From Clostridia bacterium (GTDB taxonomy: Bacteria; Bacillota; Clostridia; TANB77; CAG-508): 58,423 nt of DNA. Shown here in pieces: positions 9,834-20,966 of this stretch. The notes below the pieces were generated by a model. It was given only the letters and a program-made list of their open reading frames with translations. It was not told the DNA's origin and ran no database searches. The stretch covers positions 1 to 58,423 of the forward strand of contig JAZQOX010000021.1 in NCBI GenBank assembly GCA_045628105.1. The letters run 5' to 3'. Every line of letters begins with the position of its first letter. Position 1 is the stretch's first letter. The translations under genes and the position numbers were made by a program.

Positions 9834-10706
9834 ATGGAAATTAAGATAATAGATATGTATAATAAATTTTATCCTGAACAACTAAAAAAAATAAAAAATC
9901 CCCCTAAGAGGTTATATGTAATTGGGGATGAAACGATTTTAAACAACGATTGCTTATCAATAATAGGCTCAAGGAATTGTACAGAATATGGAGCAAATAT
10001 TGCCAAAGTATTTGCCAAGAAAATAGCTGAAAAAGGTATAACAATTGTAAGCGGAATGGCATATGGAATAGATAGCCAAGCGCATTTAGGCGCCATAGAG
10101 GGAGGAGGAAAAACGATTGCGGTTTTAGGATCAGGGTTTAATCACATTTTTCCAGACAAAGAGATATTTAACAAAATTTTGGAGTATGGAGGAACAATTA
10201 TTACAGAATATGATAACGATGTTGAAGTTTTTTCACAAGGTTTTAGGGATAGAAATAGAATAGTTGCGGGATTATCAATAGGTACTTTTGTAATAGAAGC
10301 GAAAGAAAAAAGTGGAACAGGAATTACAGCGAACTACGCCAAACAGTTTAAAAGAAATATTTTTTGCATTCCTCATAGAATAGAAGATGAGAGCGGAAAG
10401 GGAACAAATAGACTTTTAAAAAATGGAGCAATATTAGTTACTGAAATTGAAGACATATTAAAATATTATAATAACATAAAGCAAAATGCTAAAACAGAGA
10501 AAAAACTAGAAATAGAAATTCCAGAGGAGTATAAAAAAGTATATGAGGAAATAAAAATAAAAGATATAAATGCTGATGAAATTAGTAAGAAAATAAATAT
10601 GAATATTGCACAAGTAAATGCAATTATAACAATGCTTGAATTAGAAGGCTATATTGAAAGTAGGCCTGGGAATTTTTACAGAAGAAGGGATTTTATTAAT
10701 GTATGA
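9834..10706 (+). CDS. dprA: DNA-processing protein DprA/Smf
   Basis: IVSGMAYGIDSQAHLGA and GSGFNHIFP motifs, with a C-terminal winged-helix-like tail. Confidence 0.9.
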   Translation: MEIKIIDMYNKFYPEQLKKIKNPPKRLYVIGDETILNNDCLSIIGSRNCTEYGANIAKVFAKKIAEKGITIVSGMAYGIDSQAHLGAIEGGGKTIAVLGSGFNHIFPDKEIFNKILEYGGTIITEYDNDVEVFSQGFRDRNRIVAGLSIGTFVIEAKEKSGTGITANYAKQFKRNIFCIPHRIEDESGKGTNRLLKNGAILVTEIEDILKYYNNIKQNAKTEKKLEIEIPEEYKKVYEEIKIKDINADEISKKINMNIAQVNAIITMLELEGYIESRPGNFYRRRDFINV

Positions 10707-11052
10707 AAGACATATAATAGGAAAAATAGGAGAAGAAAAAGCTAGCAACTACTTGATAAATAGTGGATATAGAATTTTAGAACGCAATTTTTCATGTAGA
10801 CAAGGAGAAATTGATATTATAGCTTTTGATGGGAAATATACTGTCTTTTTTGAAATAAAAGCAAGAACAAATTTAGAGTATGGTTTGCCGTCGGAAGCGG
10901 TAAATAAAAGGAAAATGAAACACATGCTAAATGCAATAAAATATTATTTATATATTCATAAAATAGAAAATACAAATATTCGAATTGATGTCATTGAAGT
11001 ATATGCATGTAATGATGAATATCGCATTAATCACCTAAAACAGGTGTTATAA
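10699..11052 (+). CDS. yraN: YraN-family (UPF0102) endonuclease-like protein
   Basis: GEEKA..YL...GY.ILERNFSCRQGEIDIIA....VFFEIKAR is the family signature. ATG 10699 overlaps the dprA end. Confidence 0.85.
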   Translation: MYERHIIGKIGEEKASNYLINSGYRILERNFSCRQGEIDIIAFDGKYTVFFEIKARTNLEYGLPSEAVNKRKMKHMLNAIKYYLYIHKIENTNIRIDVIEVYACNDEYRINHLKQVL

Positions 11053-11114
11053 TTGACTTTTATAAAAAACAATGATAACATTATTAAAATAATATAAAAA
11101 ATGGAGGACTTTTT

Positions 11115-11840
11115 ATGAAGAATATTATTATAACAGGAAGTTCAAGGGGAATTGGAAAATGTTTGGTTGAAAATTTGGCTAGAGATGGATATAATGTTCT
11201 CTTAAATTACAACAAATCAGAAAAACAAGCCAAAAAAATACAAAATGATTTAAAAGAAGAAGGAATAATAATTGAAACATTTAAGGCAGATGTATCAAAC
11301 AGAGCGGAAGTTAAAAAAATGATACAATATGCATTTGAAAAATGGGGAAAAATTGATGTTCTAATAAATAATGCAGGTATTGCAAAACTTCAAATGTTCC
11401 AAGATGTTAAGGAAGAGGATTGGAATGAAATAATAAATACAAACTTAAAATCTGCCTTTTATGCGACACAAGAGGTTTTGGAACATATGGTGCATGAAAA
11501 AAGTGGATGTATAATAAATATTTCATCAATGTGGGGACAATCTGGTGCATCTTGTGAATCAATATATTCAATATCAAAAGCAGGAATGGATGCAATGACA
11601 AAATCTTTAGCAAAAGAACTTGGACCTTCAAATATTAGAGTGAATTCAATTGCGCCAGGCGTAATTGATACAGAAATGAATAGTAAACTAGATGAGCATA
11701 TAAAAGCAGAAATAAAAAATGATACACCACTTGGGAAAATTGGTAAACCACTAGATATATATAAATGTGCAAAGTGGTTAATAGAAGACGAATTTACCAC
11801 AGGACAAATAATACCAGTAAACGGAGGATATGTAATATAA
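11115..11840 (+). CDS. Short-chain dehydrogenase/reductase, FabG-like
   Basis: TGSSRGIG cofactor motif, NNAG, and catalytic S..YSISK. Confidence 0.85.
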   Translation: MKNIIITGSSRGIGKCLVENLARDGYNVLLNYNKSEKQAKKIQNDLKEEGIIIETFKADVSNRAEVKKMIQYAFEKWGKIDVLINNAGIAKLQMFQDVKEEDWNEIINTNLKSAFYATQEVLEHMVHEKSGCIINISSMWGQSGASCESIYSISKAGMDAMTKSLAKELGPSNIRVNSIAPGVIDTEMNSKLDEHIKAEIKNDTPLGKIGKPLDIYKCAKWLIEDEFTTGQIIPVNGGYVI

Positions 11841-11842
11841 TA

Positions 11843-11874
11843 AAAAAAGAACCTTTCTCATAAAGGTTCTTTTA
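11843..11874. terminator. Bidirectional intrinsic terminator
   Basis: AAGAACCTTT/AAAGGTTCTT hairpin between convergent genes, with A- and T-runs on each side. Confidence 0.75.
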
Positions 11875-11884
11875 TATATAAATT

Positions 11885-12346
11885 TTATTCTTCAACTTTT
11901 CTTTTATAATTTCCACTAATAAGTTTTGGAATATAACGTAACATTTTATAAACCGCAATTCTAATTTTTTTACTCCAGATATAGCTTTTTCTTAATCTAT
12001 TTGGTCTATCAATTCCATACCCATTATTACTTAAAACTAAATCAACGCATGGAGCAGCTAATTCAAAAACATAATTTTGAGAGGCATTATTATCCCACTC
12101 ATTTTTCTCATTTCTAAAACAGAAATTGAAGGTTCCTTCTCCCATAAGTACTAATTCAGTTTGAAAGCCAAGTTCAGTTTTTTCCATTTGTAACTCAGAT
12201 AAATTGTTCCAATTTTCACCAAAACCATAATGAATATATACTTTTTCTGAATTATCTTCGAAAAATTTCCCTGAGTATGATATTTTTACTGTTGAACCTT
12301 GTATTAATTTATCAGTATCGAAAAATATATTTTTAATTAACTCCAT
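11885..12346 (-). CDS. Hypothetical protein with starch-binding-type (CBM25/53-like) domain
   Basis: Pattern YIHYGF..NW....M.......F.....G.FNFCFRN..NEWDNN..QNY resembles CBM25/53 modules. The assignment is tentative. Confidence 0.45.
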   Translation of the reverse strand: MELIKNIFFDTDKLIQGSTVKISYSGKFFEDNSEKVYIHYGFGENWNNLSELQMEKTELGFQTELVLMGEGTFNFCFRNEKNEWDNNASQNYVFELAAPCVDLVLSNNGYGIDRPNRLRKSYIWSKKIRIAVYKMLRYIPKLISGNYKRKVEE

Positions 12347-12477
12347 TTTTTTACCTCTTTAAAATGTTTATCTTTTGAACAGTTACATTATATTATTAAA
12401 AAAAATATAATGCAATACTTTTTTACAATTTTTTTAAAAATTTTGTATAAAAATATTATAAAAATTATGTAGAAATT

Positions 12478-13041
12478 TTACAAAACTTTTCCTATTATAA
12501 AGAACTCGTCAGAATCAGATACAACAATATCTTCAACATCTTTGTTTTCAGCCTTTAAAGTGAATTTGCCTTTCTTTAAAAAGAATCTTCTAATTAGTGT
12601 TTTATTATTTAGACAAAATAATCCAATATCCTTGTTCTTTAAAGGAGTATTAAACTCAATATAAACATATTCTCCTTTTTTTAATAAATCAGCCATAGAG
12701 TCGTCTGGAACTTTAAGAGCGATTGAAGCAGAAGGAAGAGATGATGGACAATCTACAAAAGAATTAATAGAATCTACTGCCAATATCTTATTATAGGAAA
12801 TATGATTAGCTACACCATATTTTTCTTGTTCTTCGTTTAACTCTTTATCATATGTATACATTAGTTGTTGGTATGGAACATCCAAAGCTTTACAAATATT
12901 ACGTAATGCTTTATGACTTGGATTTCTTTCCCCTTTTTCGATATGTGTTAAATGACCAATATTAATTCCAGTTAGTTCAGCAAGTTCTGTTTTGGTCATT
13001 CCTTTTTCTTTTCTAATTATTGCAATCATATCTCCAATCAT
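12478..13041 (-). CDS. CI/LexA-like repressor (XRE HTH plus S24-peptidase-like C-terminal domain)
   Basis: N-terminal MTKTELAELTGINIGHLTHIEKGERNPS HTH. The C-terminal part has a DSM motif and a beta-rich tail like S24 domains. Confidence 0.7.
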   Translation of the reverse strand: MIGDMIAIIRKEKGMTKTELAELTGINIGHLTHIEKGERNPSHKALRNICKALDVPYQQLMYTYDKELNEEQEKYGVANHISYNKILAVDSINSFVDCPSSLPSASIALKVPDDSMADLLKKGEYVYIEFNTPLKNKDIGLFCLNNKTLIRRFFLKKGKFTLKAENKDVEDIVVSDSDEFFIIGKVL

Positions 13042-13154
13042 AAAAATACCTCATTTCATTAAATAATCTTAAATTATTATACAAGACGAAAATAAATTTG
13101 TCTAGTAGTAAATAAAAAAAATATGGATTTTTATAAAAAAATATCATAAATGTA

Positions 13155-13184
13155 TTGACTTGTCAAATTGGTTTATGATAATAT
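13155..13184 (+). promoter_or_regulatory. Promoter with overlapping palindromic operator
   Basis: TTGACT (13155-13160), extended -10 TGaTAATAT, and a 12-bp palindrome TTGACTTGTCAA (13155-13166) across the -35. Confidence 0.55.
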
Positions 13185-13213
13185 ACTTGCTAAATAGACA
13201 AGGAGGGAACAGA

Positions 13214-13411
13214 ATGTATATTAATAAAATAAAGAAAATTAGAAAAGAAAAGGGAATTACCTTAGAAGAACTTTCAAGAAGAAGTGGAATTTCAACAGGA
13301 TATTTGTGCCATTTAGAAAATGGTACAAGAAGTAATCCATCAATAGATGTTATGGAAAAAATTGCGAAAACATTAAATAAAACTGTTTTTGAGGTTTTTT
13401 TTAACAAGTAA
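13214..13411 (+). CDS. Small XRE-family HTH regulator (Cro-like)
   Basis: AAGGAGG RBS. ITLEELSRRSGISTGYLCHLENGTRSNPS HTH. Divergent from the CI-like gene. Confidence 0.75.
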   Translation: MYINKIKKIRKEKGITLEELSRRSGISTGYLCHLENGTRSNPSIDVMEKIAKTLNKTVFEVFFNK

Positions 13412-13517
13412 AATGTATACAAATATTACTTGTTAAAATTCAACAACTTATATTGTAAAAAAAAAGCTTTTATGATAATATTAAATATGAAATGTAATAT
13501 TATGAGGGGTACTATAT

Positions 13518-15281
13518 ATGGATGAAGAAAAGAATGAATTAAAAGCTGAAATATTAGAAAACGTTGAAGAAGAAAAAAATGATATAAAATTAGAGGCAAC
13601 AACAGAAATTCCAAAGATAAATAATGAAGATAATAAGGAAAATATAGAAAATCAAAAGAAAATAAGAAAGCATCATTCAAGAATAGGAATCATTTTTGTA
13701 ATATTTATTTTGTTTCTAATTGCGATATTATCAACAATATTTGCTTTAATTAACTCAAACAACAATAAAATTTTGGGTGGAATTTATATAGAAAATGAAA
13801 GTGTCGCTGGCATGACTGATGAAGAGGCAAAGACATATATTACAGAAAAATACAGTAATTATTTAGAAAAAGATATAAAGCTAACAATAAATGGTGAGAC
13901 ATTTGACTTATCTCCAAAACAAATAGAAATTAATTACAATATAGAAGAGGCTGTAAAAGAAGCGTATTCTATTGGGAGAAACGGTGGCATATTTTATAAC
14001 AATATAGAAATAGTAAAAACTTTTTTCAAAGAAAATAAAATTGAATTAAAATTTACACATAATGATGAATTATTAGAAAAAATACTTAAGGAATTTGAAA
14101 CAAAAGTTCCAAATTCTATGATTGATAACACATATTATATTGAAAATGATAAATTGATAATAACTAGAGGAAATGCTGGTGTAAAAATAGATATTGAATA
14201 TGCAAAACAGCAAATTTTGGAACATATAAAAAAACAAGAAGAGAAACCTATAGAAATAAGAATAGAATACAAAGAATGTCCAGAAATAGATATTGAAAAA
14301 ATACATAAAGAAGTAAAATGTGAGCCTCAAAACGCTACTTTCAATAAGGAACCAATTGAAATTATTCCACATAAAGTAGGAATTGATTTTAATGTTGAAG
14401 AGGCAAAAAAAGTTTTAGAGAACAAAAAAGAAGAGTATGAAATTAAATTAAAAATTATCGAACCAGAAATTCATACTAATGAAATAGGAGAGGAAGCTTT
14501 TCCAGATTTATTATCTGTATTTTCAACAAAGTATGATGAGACAAATGTACCTCGTTCAAAAAATTTAAAACTTGCAATGAGTAAACTAGATGGTGTTGTA
14601 GTTATGCCGGGTGAAGTTTTTTCATATAATAAAACACTTGGAGAAAGAACTGCAAAAGATGGATATCAAATTGCAAACGGATTTGCAGGAGGAAAAGTAG
14701 TCCCAATGCTTGCAGGTGGTATTTGTCAAATTTCTTCTACACTTTATGATGCAGTTTTATATGCAAACCTTAATATTGTAGAAAGACACAACCACATGTT
14801 TCAGGCAACATATGTTGATCCGGGAAAAGACGCAACAGTTGTATATGGTTCACTTGATTTTAAATTTGAAAATACAAGAAGCTATCCAATAATGCTTAAA
14901 ACAAAAATTGGAGGAGGACTTGCTGAAATAAAAGTTTTTGGAATTAAAGAAGAGATAGAATATGACGTAGAAATTGTAACAGAAGTTATAAGCTATACTC
15001 CATATAAAGTACAATATCAAAATGATTCTAGTATAGCAGAAGGGGTAGAAAAGGTTTCACAATATGGATTACAGGGATGTAAAAGCACAACTTATAGAAT
15101 TTTAAGAAAAAATGGGCAACAAGTATCAAAGGAAACTTTATCAACAGATACATACAGTCCTTTAAATAAAATTGTAAGAAGAGGTGTGAAAAAATTAGAA
15201 CCAATAGTAACACCACAAGAAACTCAAGAACAGAACGAAATAATAGTGAACGAAACAGTGGAAGAAAATTTAAACATATAA
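13518..15281 (+). CDS. VanW/YoaR-family protein, membrane-anchored
   Basis: N-terminal TM and a C-terminal region GEVFSYNKTLGERT..GY..A......GGICQISSTLY typical of VanW. Confidence 0.8.
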   Translation: MDEEKNELKAEILENVEEEKNDIKLEATTEIPKINNEDNKENIENQKKIRKHHSRIGIIFVIFILFLIAILSTIFALINSNNNKILGGIYIENESVAGMTDEEAKTYITEKYSNYLEKDIKLTINGETFDLSPKQIEINYNIEEAVKEAYSIGRNGGIFYNNIEIVKTFFKENKIELKFTHNDELLEKILKEFETKVPNSMIDNTYYIENDKLIITRGNAGVKIDIEYAKQQILEHIKKQEEKPIEIRIEYKECPEIDIEKIHKEVKCEPQNATFNKEPIEIIPHKVGIDFNVEEAKKVLENKKEEYEIKLKIIEPEIHTNEIGEEAFPDLLSVFSTKYDETNVPRSKNLKLAMSKLDGVVVMPGEVFSYNKTLGERTAKDGYQIANGFAGGKVVPMLAGGICQISSTLYDAVLYANLNIVERHNHMFQATYVDPGKDATVVYGSLDFKFENTRSYPIMLKTKIGGGLAEIKVFGIKEEIEYDVEIVTEVISYTPYKVQYQNDSSIAEGVEKVSQYGLQGCKSTTYRILRKNGQQVSKETLSTDTYSPLNKIVRRGVKKLEPIVTPQETQEQNEIIVNETVEENLNI

Positions 15282-15286
15282 GTTAA

Positions 15287-16456
<1,170 letters not shown>

Positions 16457-16486
16457 TATTGCAATTAGAAGAAAGGATTGTTTAAT

Positions 16487-17677
16487 ATGGATTTATTAAA
16501 TGAAAATAAGGAACAAAAGAATAAAAAGTCAAGTGGACAAAAAACAGTATTAATGCTTTTAATTATTTTAATCATTTTAACAATTTTAACAATTGCTTTA
16601 ATGATTGTTATTAATACGAAAACAAAAAATGGAAAAACAACTTTGATGATAAACAATATGGAGCAAAAAGTTGAAAAAAGTATGATTATTGAAGATAAAT
16701 CAGGAGTGAAATATATTGCATTAAATTATCTTTGTGATATGGCAGGATATGCATATGAAAATAGTGATTATGAAACATTTGAACAAGATGCAACAAAATG
16801 TTATATCCAAAATGGAAAACAAATATATGCATTTGAGGGAAACTCAAAAATAATGTATAAGTATGATGAAGAAACAAAATTAGATTATCAATATTATATG
16901 TTAAGTAATTACATTTTAATGAATGATAATAAATTATATATTTCTATAAATGATATTATAACAGCATTAAATATAAGGTGTGAAATGTATTCAAAAAGTG
17001 GAATTTCAATTAAAACACCACAATTTCTTGTAAATGAATACAAAAGTAAATTGCCAGACTATAATATAACAGAAGACAACAATAATTTAAAAGCCTTGGC
17101 ATATGGGTGGATTATAGCAAGCAAAAATGGACAATGGGGCGTGCTTGATGAAAGAGGAAATAGTATACTAAGCTTTAGATATGATAATATTTGGTTCAAC
17201 GAATATGAACAGAATTATATTGTATCAAAGGATGGAGCATACGGAGTAATATCTGTAGATGGAAAAACAGAATATCCATTAGTTTATGATGAAATTCAAA
17301 TATTAAACTATGAAAACCATTTATATAAGGCAAAAGTAAACAATAAGTATGGAATTTTAAATGCAAATGGAAATAAAGTTGGAGAAATAATATATGATGA
17401 AATAGGATTTCCAGAAAACGCCGGAAACAAAATTATATATACTCTAATAATTCCAGAAATTAGTGGTGAAGAAAATGATTTTCCAGAAACAATTGTTGTA
17501 AAAAGAAATGACAGATATGGATTAATAGATATAAAAACAGGAAAAGAAATTTTACCATGTGATCATTTGGAAAAGCTATATGCAAGAAATGATTTAGGAA
17601 CAGTAACGTACCTAATTGAAGCAGAAAATCAAACATTAGATTTAAAAACTTATTTAGAAATAAGAAACTTAATTTAA
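16487..17677 (+). CDS. WG-repeat (KWG-type) membrane-anchored protein
   Basis: N-terminal TM, then repeats of the form (Q/K/A)(W/Y)G(V/I)(L/I)...G....(F/Y)D.I. Confidence 0.7.
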   Translation: MDLLNENKEQKNKKSSGQKTVLMLLIILIILTILTIALMIVINTKTKNGKTTLMINNMEQKVEKSMIIEDKSGVKYIALNYLCDMAGYAYENSDYETFEQDATKCYIQNGKQIYAFEGNSKIMYKYDEETKLDYQYYMLSNYILMNDNKLYISINDIITALNIRCEMYSKSGISIKTPQFLVNEYKSKLPDYNITEDNNNLKALAYGWIIASKNGQWGVLDERGNSILSFRYDNIWFNEYEQNYIVSKDGAYGVISVDGKTEYPLVYDEIQILNYENHLYKAKVNNKYGILNANGNKVGEIIYDEIGFPENAGNKIIYTLIIPEISGEENDFPETIVVKRNDRYGLIDIKTGKEILPCDHLEKLYARNDLGTVTYLIEAENQTLDLKTYLEIRNLI

Positions 17678-17682
17678 AATTA

Positions 17683-17719
17683 AAATTGAACTTTCTATTA
17701 TAGAAAGTTCAATTTTTTT
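17683..17719. terminator. Bidirectional intrinsic terminator
   Basis: TTGAACTTTCT/AGAAAGTTCAA hairpin with a flanking A-run and T-run between convergent genes. Confidence 0.75.
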
Positions 17720-17720
17720 G

Positions 17721-18092
17721 CTACATTTCTTGCTCACCAGGTAAAAAGTAATCGACAATACCATAAATAAGAGCACCAATTATTGCAGACATCCAAGAAA
17801 TACTATATCCTGCAACAAAATATTGAGTAACATACAAAATTATAACAGATAAAATAAAACCAACAAAACCCTTACCAAATGGACTTGCTTGAATTCCTGT
17901 AAATTTTGCAACAAGGTAATCAATAATTGTTAAAACAATTGCTGCAATTGCTAAAGACCAAAAATTTGAAATTTGAAATCCTGGAGTAAAAAATGCAGTA
18001 ATAGCCAAAACAACAGCAGCACTTATTAGTCTACCAATAATTTGCCATGCAGTGCCTGTAGTTGTTTCTACATGCGAATTATTATTTGCCAT
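17721..18092 (-). CDS. Small four-TM membrane protein (DUF360/YvlD, holin-4-like family)
   Basis: 123 aa, four hydrophobic segments, PGF motif. The family call is from memory. Confidence 0.5.
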   Translation of the reverse strand: MANNNSHVETTTGTAWQIIGRLISAAVVLAITAFFTPGFQISNFWSLAIAAIVLTIIDYLVAKFTGIQASPFGKGFVGFILSVIILYVTQYFVAGYSISWMSAIIGALIYGIVDYFLPGEQEM

Positions 18093-18235
18093 ATTTCTAA
18101 AACCCTCCTATAAAATATATAAATTTGCTTTGATTTTTAGGTTTCATATATATTATTTTCAAAATTAAAATTAATATTCAAAAGAAATTTGTATAAATTG
18201 ATAAAAATTGCAAAAATTAAAAAAGGTGAATTTAT

Positions 18236-18910
18236 ATGATAAATACTTTTATAAGAGTAACAATAATTTATTTACTTGTTCTTATTGTAATGAGATTAAT
18301 GGGAAAACGCGAAATCAGTCAAATGCAACCATTCGAACTTGTAATTGCAATAATGATTGCAGACTTGGCATCAGTTCCAATGTCTGATACTGGAATACCA
18401 ATAACAAATGGAATAATACCGATACTTGCATTATTATTATTTCAATTACTTATTTCAATTATTAATTTAAAAAGCATAAATTTAAGGAAAATAATTTGTG
18501 GTAAGCCACAAATACTTATATATAGAGGAAAAATAGATGAAAAAGCATTAAAAAAAGAAAAAATAACAGTCAATGAACTTCAAGAAAGATTGAGACAGAA
18601 AGATGTTTTTTCTCTAAGTGATGTTGAGTATGTAATACTTGAAACAAATGGAGAAATAAGCGTAATACAAAAACCAGAAAAAAGAAATACAATTCCTGAA
18701 GATTTTTCAATTACTCCGGAATATGAAGGTATACCATATGATTTGATTGTTGATGGAAAAATAATGTATGATAATCTTAAAAAAATAGAACAAAATGAGA
18801 AATGGCTAAATGAGCAAATTAGAAAATTTGGACTCAAAACAAATGAAGTACTAATTGCAACATATGATGGAAAATGTCAAATCTTTTGCCAAGAAAAGCA
18901 AAGAAAGTAG
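18236..18910 (+). CDS. DUF421-family membrane protein (YetF/YrbG-like)
   Basis: N-terminus RLMGKREISQMQPFELVIAIMIADLAS is characteristic of DUF421. Confidence 0.65.
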   Translation: MINTFIRVTIIYLLVLIVMRLMGKREISQMQPFELVIAIMIADLASVPMSDTGIPITNGIIPILALLLFQLLISIINLKSINLRKIICGKPQILIYRGKIDEKALKKEKITVNELQERLRQKDVFSLSDVEYVILETNGEISVIQKPEKRNTIPEDFSITPEYEGIPYDLIVDGKIMYDNLKKIEQNEKWLNEQIRKFGLKTNEVLIATYDGKCQIFCQEKQRK

Positions 18911-18917
18911 GTGTAAA

Positions 18918-19310
18918 ATGAGAGATACAATTATTATTATTGTAATTATTGTATTAATAATTGTAGGCGATTATACTACAAAGCAGATATTATATAAAAA
19001 TTCTGACAGCCTTGTTTCAAAATTTCAAGAATTAAAAGAAAAAACAATTGAAGAAAAAAATACTAATAATAGAAATGAAATAATACAATTAGTTAAAGAA
19101 CTAGAAAGTGAATGGAATAAAAAAACAGTTATATGGTCAACAATTGTAATGCACCAGGAATTAGACAATGTAGAACAAGCACTAATAAAGGCAAAAGCTA
19201 ATATTGAGAATGGAGAATTAGAAGTGGCAGTTCAAGAAATTGATACAGCAATTTTCTTTTTAGAGCATGTAAAAGATAGAGAAAAAATAAGTTTTAAAAA
19301 TATATTTTAG
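18918..19310 (+). CDS. Small membrane-anchored protein (DUF4363-like)
   Basis: ATG 18918 starts MRDTIIIIVIIVLIIVG, followed by a helical soluble part. A gene of this kind commonly follows DUF421 genes. Confidence 0.5.
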   Translation: MRDTIIIIVIIVLIIVGDYTTKQILYKNSDSLVSKFQELKEKTIEEKNTNNRNEIIQLVKELESEWNKKTVIWSTIVMHQELDNVEQALIKAKANIENGELEVAVQEIDTAIFFLEHVKDREKISFKNIF

Positions 19311-19387
19311 GAAATATAAAAAAACATTTCATTTTTTTCTAATTTTATGATAGAATAGTATAAAAGTAATTTAGAAGGGAACAAATT

Positions 19388-20122
19388 ATGGAAGAAATAG
19401 ACAAACAAAATTTACCAAAACATATAGCAATAATTATGGATGGAAATAGAAGATGGGCAAAACAAAGAGGTCTTACAACTAAAGAAGGACACAAGGCAGG
19501 TGCAAAAAATCTTGAAAATATAGCAAAATTTTGTAATGAAATTGGGATAAAATATTTAACAGTGTATGCATTTTCAACAGAAAACTGGAAAAGAAGTAAA
19601 GAAGAAGTTTCAGGATTGATGCTAATTTTAAAAGCAAATATAGATTCAATGCTTAGAAAAAAAGATTTAGAAAATATTAAAATAAGAATTATTGGAGAAA
19701 AAGAAAATATTCCAAAGGATATTGAAGAAAGAATAAAGAAGTTAGAAAAGAAAACGGAAAATAATACCGGACTAGTGTTAAACATAGCATTTAATTATGG
19801 TGGAAGAGCTGAGTTCGTTCATGCAACTAAAAAAATAGCACAGATGGTAAAGAATGGTGAACTTGCAATAGAAAATATAAATGAGCAAACAATTGCTGAA
19901 AACATTTATACAGCAGGTCAACCAGATCCAGATTTAATGATAAGAACAAGCAGAGAACTTAGAACAAGTAATTTTTTGCCATGGCAACTTACATATTCAG
20001 AATTTTATTTTCCAGACAAACACTGGCCAGAATTTTCAGAAGAAGAATTACTTTTAGCAATAAAAGAATATCAACATAGAAACAGAAGATTTGGCGGAAG
20101 ACCAGATGAGGTGAAAAAATAA
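19388..20122 (+). CDS. uppS: Undecaprenyl diphosphate synthase
   Basis: HIAIIMDGNRRWA, FSTENWKR and RTS.E.R.SNFL.WQ motifs. Confidence 0.95.
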   Translation: MEEIDKQNLPKHIAIIMDGNRRWAKQRGLTTKEGHKAGAKNLENIAKFCNEIGIKYLTVYAFSTENWKRSKEEVSGLMLILKANIDSMLRKKDLENIKIRIIGEKENIPKDIEERIKKLEKKTENNTGLVLNIAFNYGGRAEFVHATKKIAQMVKNGELAIENINEQTIAENIYTAGQPDPDLMIRTSRELRTSNFLPWQLTYSEFYFPDKHWPEFSEEELLLAIKEYQHRNRRFGGRPDEVKK

Positions 20123-20913
20123 TGAATTTTAAAAGAATAATTTCAGGAGTTATATTGATTGCAATTTTAACAGTTTTGCTTTTATCAGGAAGCACTTTTG
20201 CAATAAATATAAGTACTTCAACATTGGCAATAATGGCAATTAATGAATATTTCAATAGCTTTAAAGAGAAAAGAAACTTAGAAAAAGTTATTGGAACACT
20301 ATTTGCAATACCAATAGCATTTTTGAATATCCTACCAATAGAATTTTTTATAGTATTGTTACCAGTATTAATTGCAACGCTATTCCTTATTGTCATTGTA
20401 ACCGAAATGAAAACTGATTTTAAGAACATTGCATTTGCTGGATTTGGAATAATATATATAATATTATTTATAATTTTTATTCCACTTACATATAAATTAA
20501 ATAATGGAAAATATTTAATTTGGTATTTAGCAATTGCTGCATGGGGAACAGACACATTTGCATATTTTGCAGGAATAACATTGGGAAAACATAAATTTAG
20601 TAAAATTAGTCCAAAAAAATCTGTAGAAGGATGTATAGGCGGGGTAATTGGTGCATTGGCTATAACATTAATATATACACTTTATCTAAACAAGATGAAC
20701 ATATTAAATGTATCATATTTGACAATATCAGGAATTTCAATAGCTTTAAGCGTTTTAAGTGAAATCGGAGATTTAGCAGCATCAAGCATAAAACGCTATA
20801 ATGATGTAAAAGATTTTAGTAATTTAATTCCAGGTCATGGTGGAATTCTAGATAGAATAGACAGTATATTATTTATTGCACCATTTGCATACTTTTTATT
20901 AATATTAATTTAA
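20122..20913 (+). CDS. cdsA: Phosphatidate cytidylyltransferase
   Basis: Polytopic protein with C-terminal SIKRYNDVKDFSNLIPGHGGILDRIDS signature. Start overlaps the uppS stop. Confidence 0.9.
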   Translation: MNFKRIISGVILIAILTVLLLSGSTFAINISTSTLAIMAINEYFNSFKEKRNLEKVIGTLFAIPIAFLNILPIEFFIVLLPVLIATLFLIVIVTEMKTDFKNIAFAGFGIIYIILFIIFIPLTYKLNNGKYLIWYLAIAAWGTDTFAYFAGITLGKHKFSKISPKKSVEGCIGGVIGALAITLIYTLYLNKMNILNVSYLTISGISIALSVLSEIGDLAASSIKRYNDVKDFSNLIPGHGGILDRIDSILFIAPFAYFLLILI

Positions 20914-20966
20914 AATATGGGGGGTACATAAAAGATACCCCCTAAAACATTACACAGGAGATTATT

